Shown here: in pieces, positions 51,560 through 53,555 of the stretch | Numbering within the stretch: the first letter of the stretch is position 1 | How the letters are laid out: each line of letters opens with the position of its first letter | NCBI GenBank assembly: GCA_001821765.1 | Contig: MHOA01000003.1 | Location: 1 to 53,555 of the forward strand | Length of the DNA: 53,555 nt | Origin: Candidatus Ryanbacteria bacterium RIFCSPLOWO2_12_FULL_44_26 | GTDB lineage: Bacteria > Patescibacteriota > Minisyncoccia > Ryanbacterales > HO2-45-13 | Direction: 5' to 3' | Translations under genes and position numbers: made by a program | Notes under the pieces: model-generated | Seen by the model: the letters and a program-made list of their open reading frames with translations, nothing else | Told to the model about the DNA's origin: nothing | The model's database searches: none

Positions 51560-53555
51560 TCACTTCCATGCCGGCCAACCCTGTGAACTCGCATTAAAAT
51601 GCTTCTTCCACACGCTGTCGACCAGAGCTGAAGATCCACCATAACTGCTGGGATCCGCACCTGTAAGGGTCTTAAAATTGGGAATCAAAGACAGGTTTTC
51701 TTCCTTCCAACGTCGGGCATAGGCAAAGAGCGGGGGGTGGTCAGTATAGGAAGAAATCCCCAATATCTGTAAGGCAAATGCCATTCCCTCAAAACCCTTG
51801 TCACAACAGCGACGATACGATTCCATTTTGCTCCCACCACCTGAGGCGTCCACTTTAGACCACTCAGTCGGGTGCAAATGTTCATGCTCGCCGTTGCTCG
51901 TCTGTTTTCGAAACAGCACTTTTGCCCCGGTCCAACCCCGCCCTTTCGGAACAATGGTGCTCACGATTTTACTTGTTCCATCACTGGAAAAATAAAACTT
52001 ATCTCTTGAGCGAGTTTTCATTCTGGAACCCTGATCGCTCAGCGCATTATGGGAGTCTTTGAAAAAATTTAGGATGTCGGGATCATTGAGGAGATGACCC
52101 GCAAACAAAACCGGGTAGTAATAAAACGAGCTATCACCATGCCCAATTTTATGTGTGAAGTAATCGTCCATCCCTCGCTGAATCATATATGCGATGAGGG
52201 ATCGCTTCTCAACCTTGGGCAAATCCAGGAGTATAAAAACAGCCACATCCGAGTAATAAGAGGTAATCTCTTCGTGATAATCAAGAGTATTCGAGGGGTG
52301 CAAATCCCGTCCTGACCACTCTGTCTTATGCATCAACCATGGTGCTTTGATCACGTTCAGCAGACCCGCTCTTTTACTGCTGGAGGGAAGCGTAATACCG
52401 TCAGTAGAGAGTGTTGGGATCAAATTGAAATCGACGTTTTGAATGTCATAAAGCGGTTTTTCAGAACCGACAAAAGGTGGCCTAAGCGAAAGCCGTGGCG
52501 GAACGCCAGATAGGACCGTCAAAACCTCGGCTGAATGAATAGCGGTTGAGGCAATTCTTTCACAATGTCCAAGAGGGCTTAGGATACCAGGGAAATCCTC
52601 TCCGTTGTATTTTGTAGTACAGTTCGCATGATCCAAACGCGAACTGACCGCTTTAACGACACTGCTTCCGTGGGAGATTTTCGATGGGATGGGCAGTAGT
52701 AAATTTGTCGTAAATCCCGAAACATCGCCGTCATAGGCATGCGACCCACTTGTCTGTGGGTTAAGCATGACTCCATTATTTTGATTCGAGTAATCGGGCG
52801 TGATTCTCGTGATCGTAACAGGACCAACTACCCAATGTCCGCCCGTAAGAAAACGTCCGCTTTGATAGGCCTTATCAAAATAAAATGTCACTTCACCTTG
52901 GGTAATAGAACTTCTCATTGAGATCGCGGGATCAAAATCGTACGGCCAGTCCCCGTCTACTATGGGTGGCTCTGGGGTTGATTTTGGGTGAACAACCACA
53001 TTGACAGTGGCAGCACCAGTTAAACCGTCATTATCAGTCACTGTGAGTTTATAGGAGTGGGCCGATCCATCCGCCACCTGCGTGACTGTCTGTTGAACGG
53101 CCGTACCTATACTGATTCCAGTTTTCTCCCATCGGTAACTTTTAACACTGCCATCGGGATCAAAGGACCCTGCCCCATCTAAAGTAATGATTTCGGATCC
53201 ATTCCCGTCACTGTCTGTAACTGATGATGGAGCACTAATGACCGCTTGCGGAGGTTGTTTTGGCGAGCAGTTTGAAGGATTGGCGCTGGTACAAGTCCAT
53301 CCCGATTCCACCGCACAGCTTACGCTGCAGCCATCGCCTGATCTCATGTTTGCATCGTCACATGTTTCTCCCGATTCAATAACTCCGTTGCCGCAGACTG
53401 GAGAAGGGATGTTGCGGCATTGGGTGGTGTTCAGTGTGCAGTTTGCATAACAAGACACGCCGCCTTCGTCGTACCCGAGATTCTGGCAGGTGTTCCCTCC
53501 CATATTCGATCCATCGCATGTTTCTCCCGCCGCGCTTTGGATCACCATATCTCCG
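51560..53555 (-). CDS. secreted Cys-rich-repeat + PKD-domain protein with a large uncharacterised C-terminal domain (5' end outside the window)
   Basis: The frame stays open upstream of the track's Met to the window edge. CGNGVIESGETCDDANMRSGDGCSVSCAVESGWTC is a Myxococcus-type cysteine-rich repeat. ITLDGAGSFDPDGSVKSYRWE...YKLTVTDNDGLTGAATVNVVV is a PKD domain. The remaining ~460 aa have no motif I recognise. Confidence 0.7.
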   Translation of the reverse strand, partial: GDMVIQSAAGETCDGSNMGGNTCQNLGYDEGGVSCYANCTLNTTQCRNIPSPVCGNGVIESGETCDDANMRSGDGCSVSCAVESGWTCTSANPSNCSPKQPPQAVISAPSSVTDSDGNGSEIITLDGAGSFDPDGSVKSYRWEKTGISIGTAVQQTVTQVADGSAHSYKLTVTDNDGLTGAATVNVVVHPKSTPEPPIVDGDWPYDFDPAISMRSSITQGEVTFYFDKAYQSGRFLTGGHWVVGPVTITRITPDYSNQNNGVMLNPQTSGSHAYDGDVSGFTTNLLLPIPSKISHGSSVVKAVSSRLDHANCTTKYNGEDFPGILSPLGHCERIASTAIHSAEVLTVLSGVPPRLSLRPPFVGSEKPLYDIQNVDFNLIPTLSTDGITLPSSSKRAGLLNVIKAPWLMHKTEWSGRDLHPSNTLDYHEEITSYYSDVAVFILLDLPKVEKRSLIAYMIQRGMDDYFTHKIGHGDSSFYYYPVLFAGHLLNDPDILNFFKDSHNALSDQGSRMKTRSRDKFYFSSDGTSKIVSTIVPKGRGWTGAKVLFRKQTSNGEHEHLHPTEWSKVDASGGGSKMESYRRCCDKGFEGMAFALQILGISSYTDHPPLFAYARRWKEENLSLIPNFKTLTGADPSSYGGSSALVDSVWKKHFNASSQGWPAWK

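Noticed and set aside
1-53555. Alternative genetic code (UGA reassignment, as in some candidate phyla), prophage or IS elements, and a parS or oriC cluster near parB.
   Set aside because: TGA terminates conserved genes at their expected ends (thyA, pilO, and the CC-x-H membrane protein gene). No transposase, integrase or phage-like ORFs are present. I found no TGTTNCACGTGAAACA-like parS site and only isolated near-matches to DnaA boxes (for example TTATCCACT at 29085-29093).

Overview
The window looks like a gene-dense stretch of a small, streamlined bacterial genome. Gene content suggests a CPR/Patescibacteria-like organism, but that is inference only. Standard genetic code applies, since TGA is used as a stop at conserved gene ends.

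Most genes are on the minus strand.

- **Housekeeping genes:** gatCA, ligA, thyA-folA, typA, recG, ftsH, dprA-topA, a compact rel, parB, and five tRNAs.
- **Type IV pilus locus (7952-21946):** it contains pilM/N/O, a PilP-like gene, pilB, a REC-only regulator, pilT, pilC, two small pilins, pilD, a 1240-aa pilin-fused lectin-like protein and a paralogous pseudopilin. No secretin is present. comFC lies divergently next to it.
- **Accessory patches next to tRNAs and typA:** small membrane-anchored or secreted hypotheticals; an XRE regulator abutting a PARP-like (H-Y-x) ADP-ribosyltransferase-like ORF; a family of interspersed repeat words on the 3' flanks of these genes; and an exact 75-bp direct repeat bracketing a one-gene cassette at the 3' end of tRNA-Ile(UAU).
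- **Other notable loci:** a PaaX-like gene bracketed by related palindromes and iterated 15-mers; a CPH-type (CopB-like) P1B ATPase translationally coupled to two small uncharacterised genes; and a truncated Cys-rich-repeat/PKD secreted protein at the right edge.

I recognised no rRNA, CRISPR array, transposase, integrase or phage structural gene.

All product calls rest on motif reading of the supplied translations. No database search was possible.
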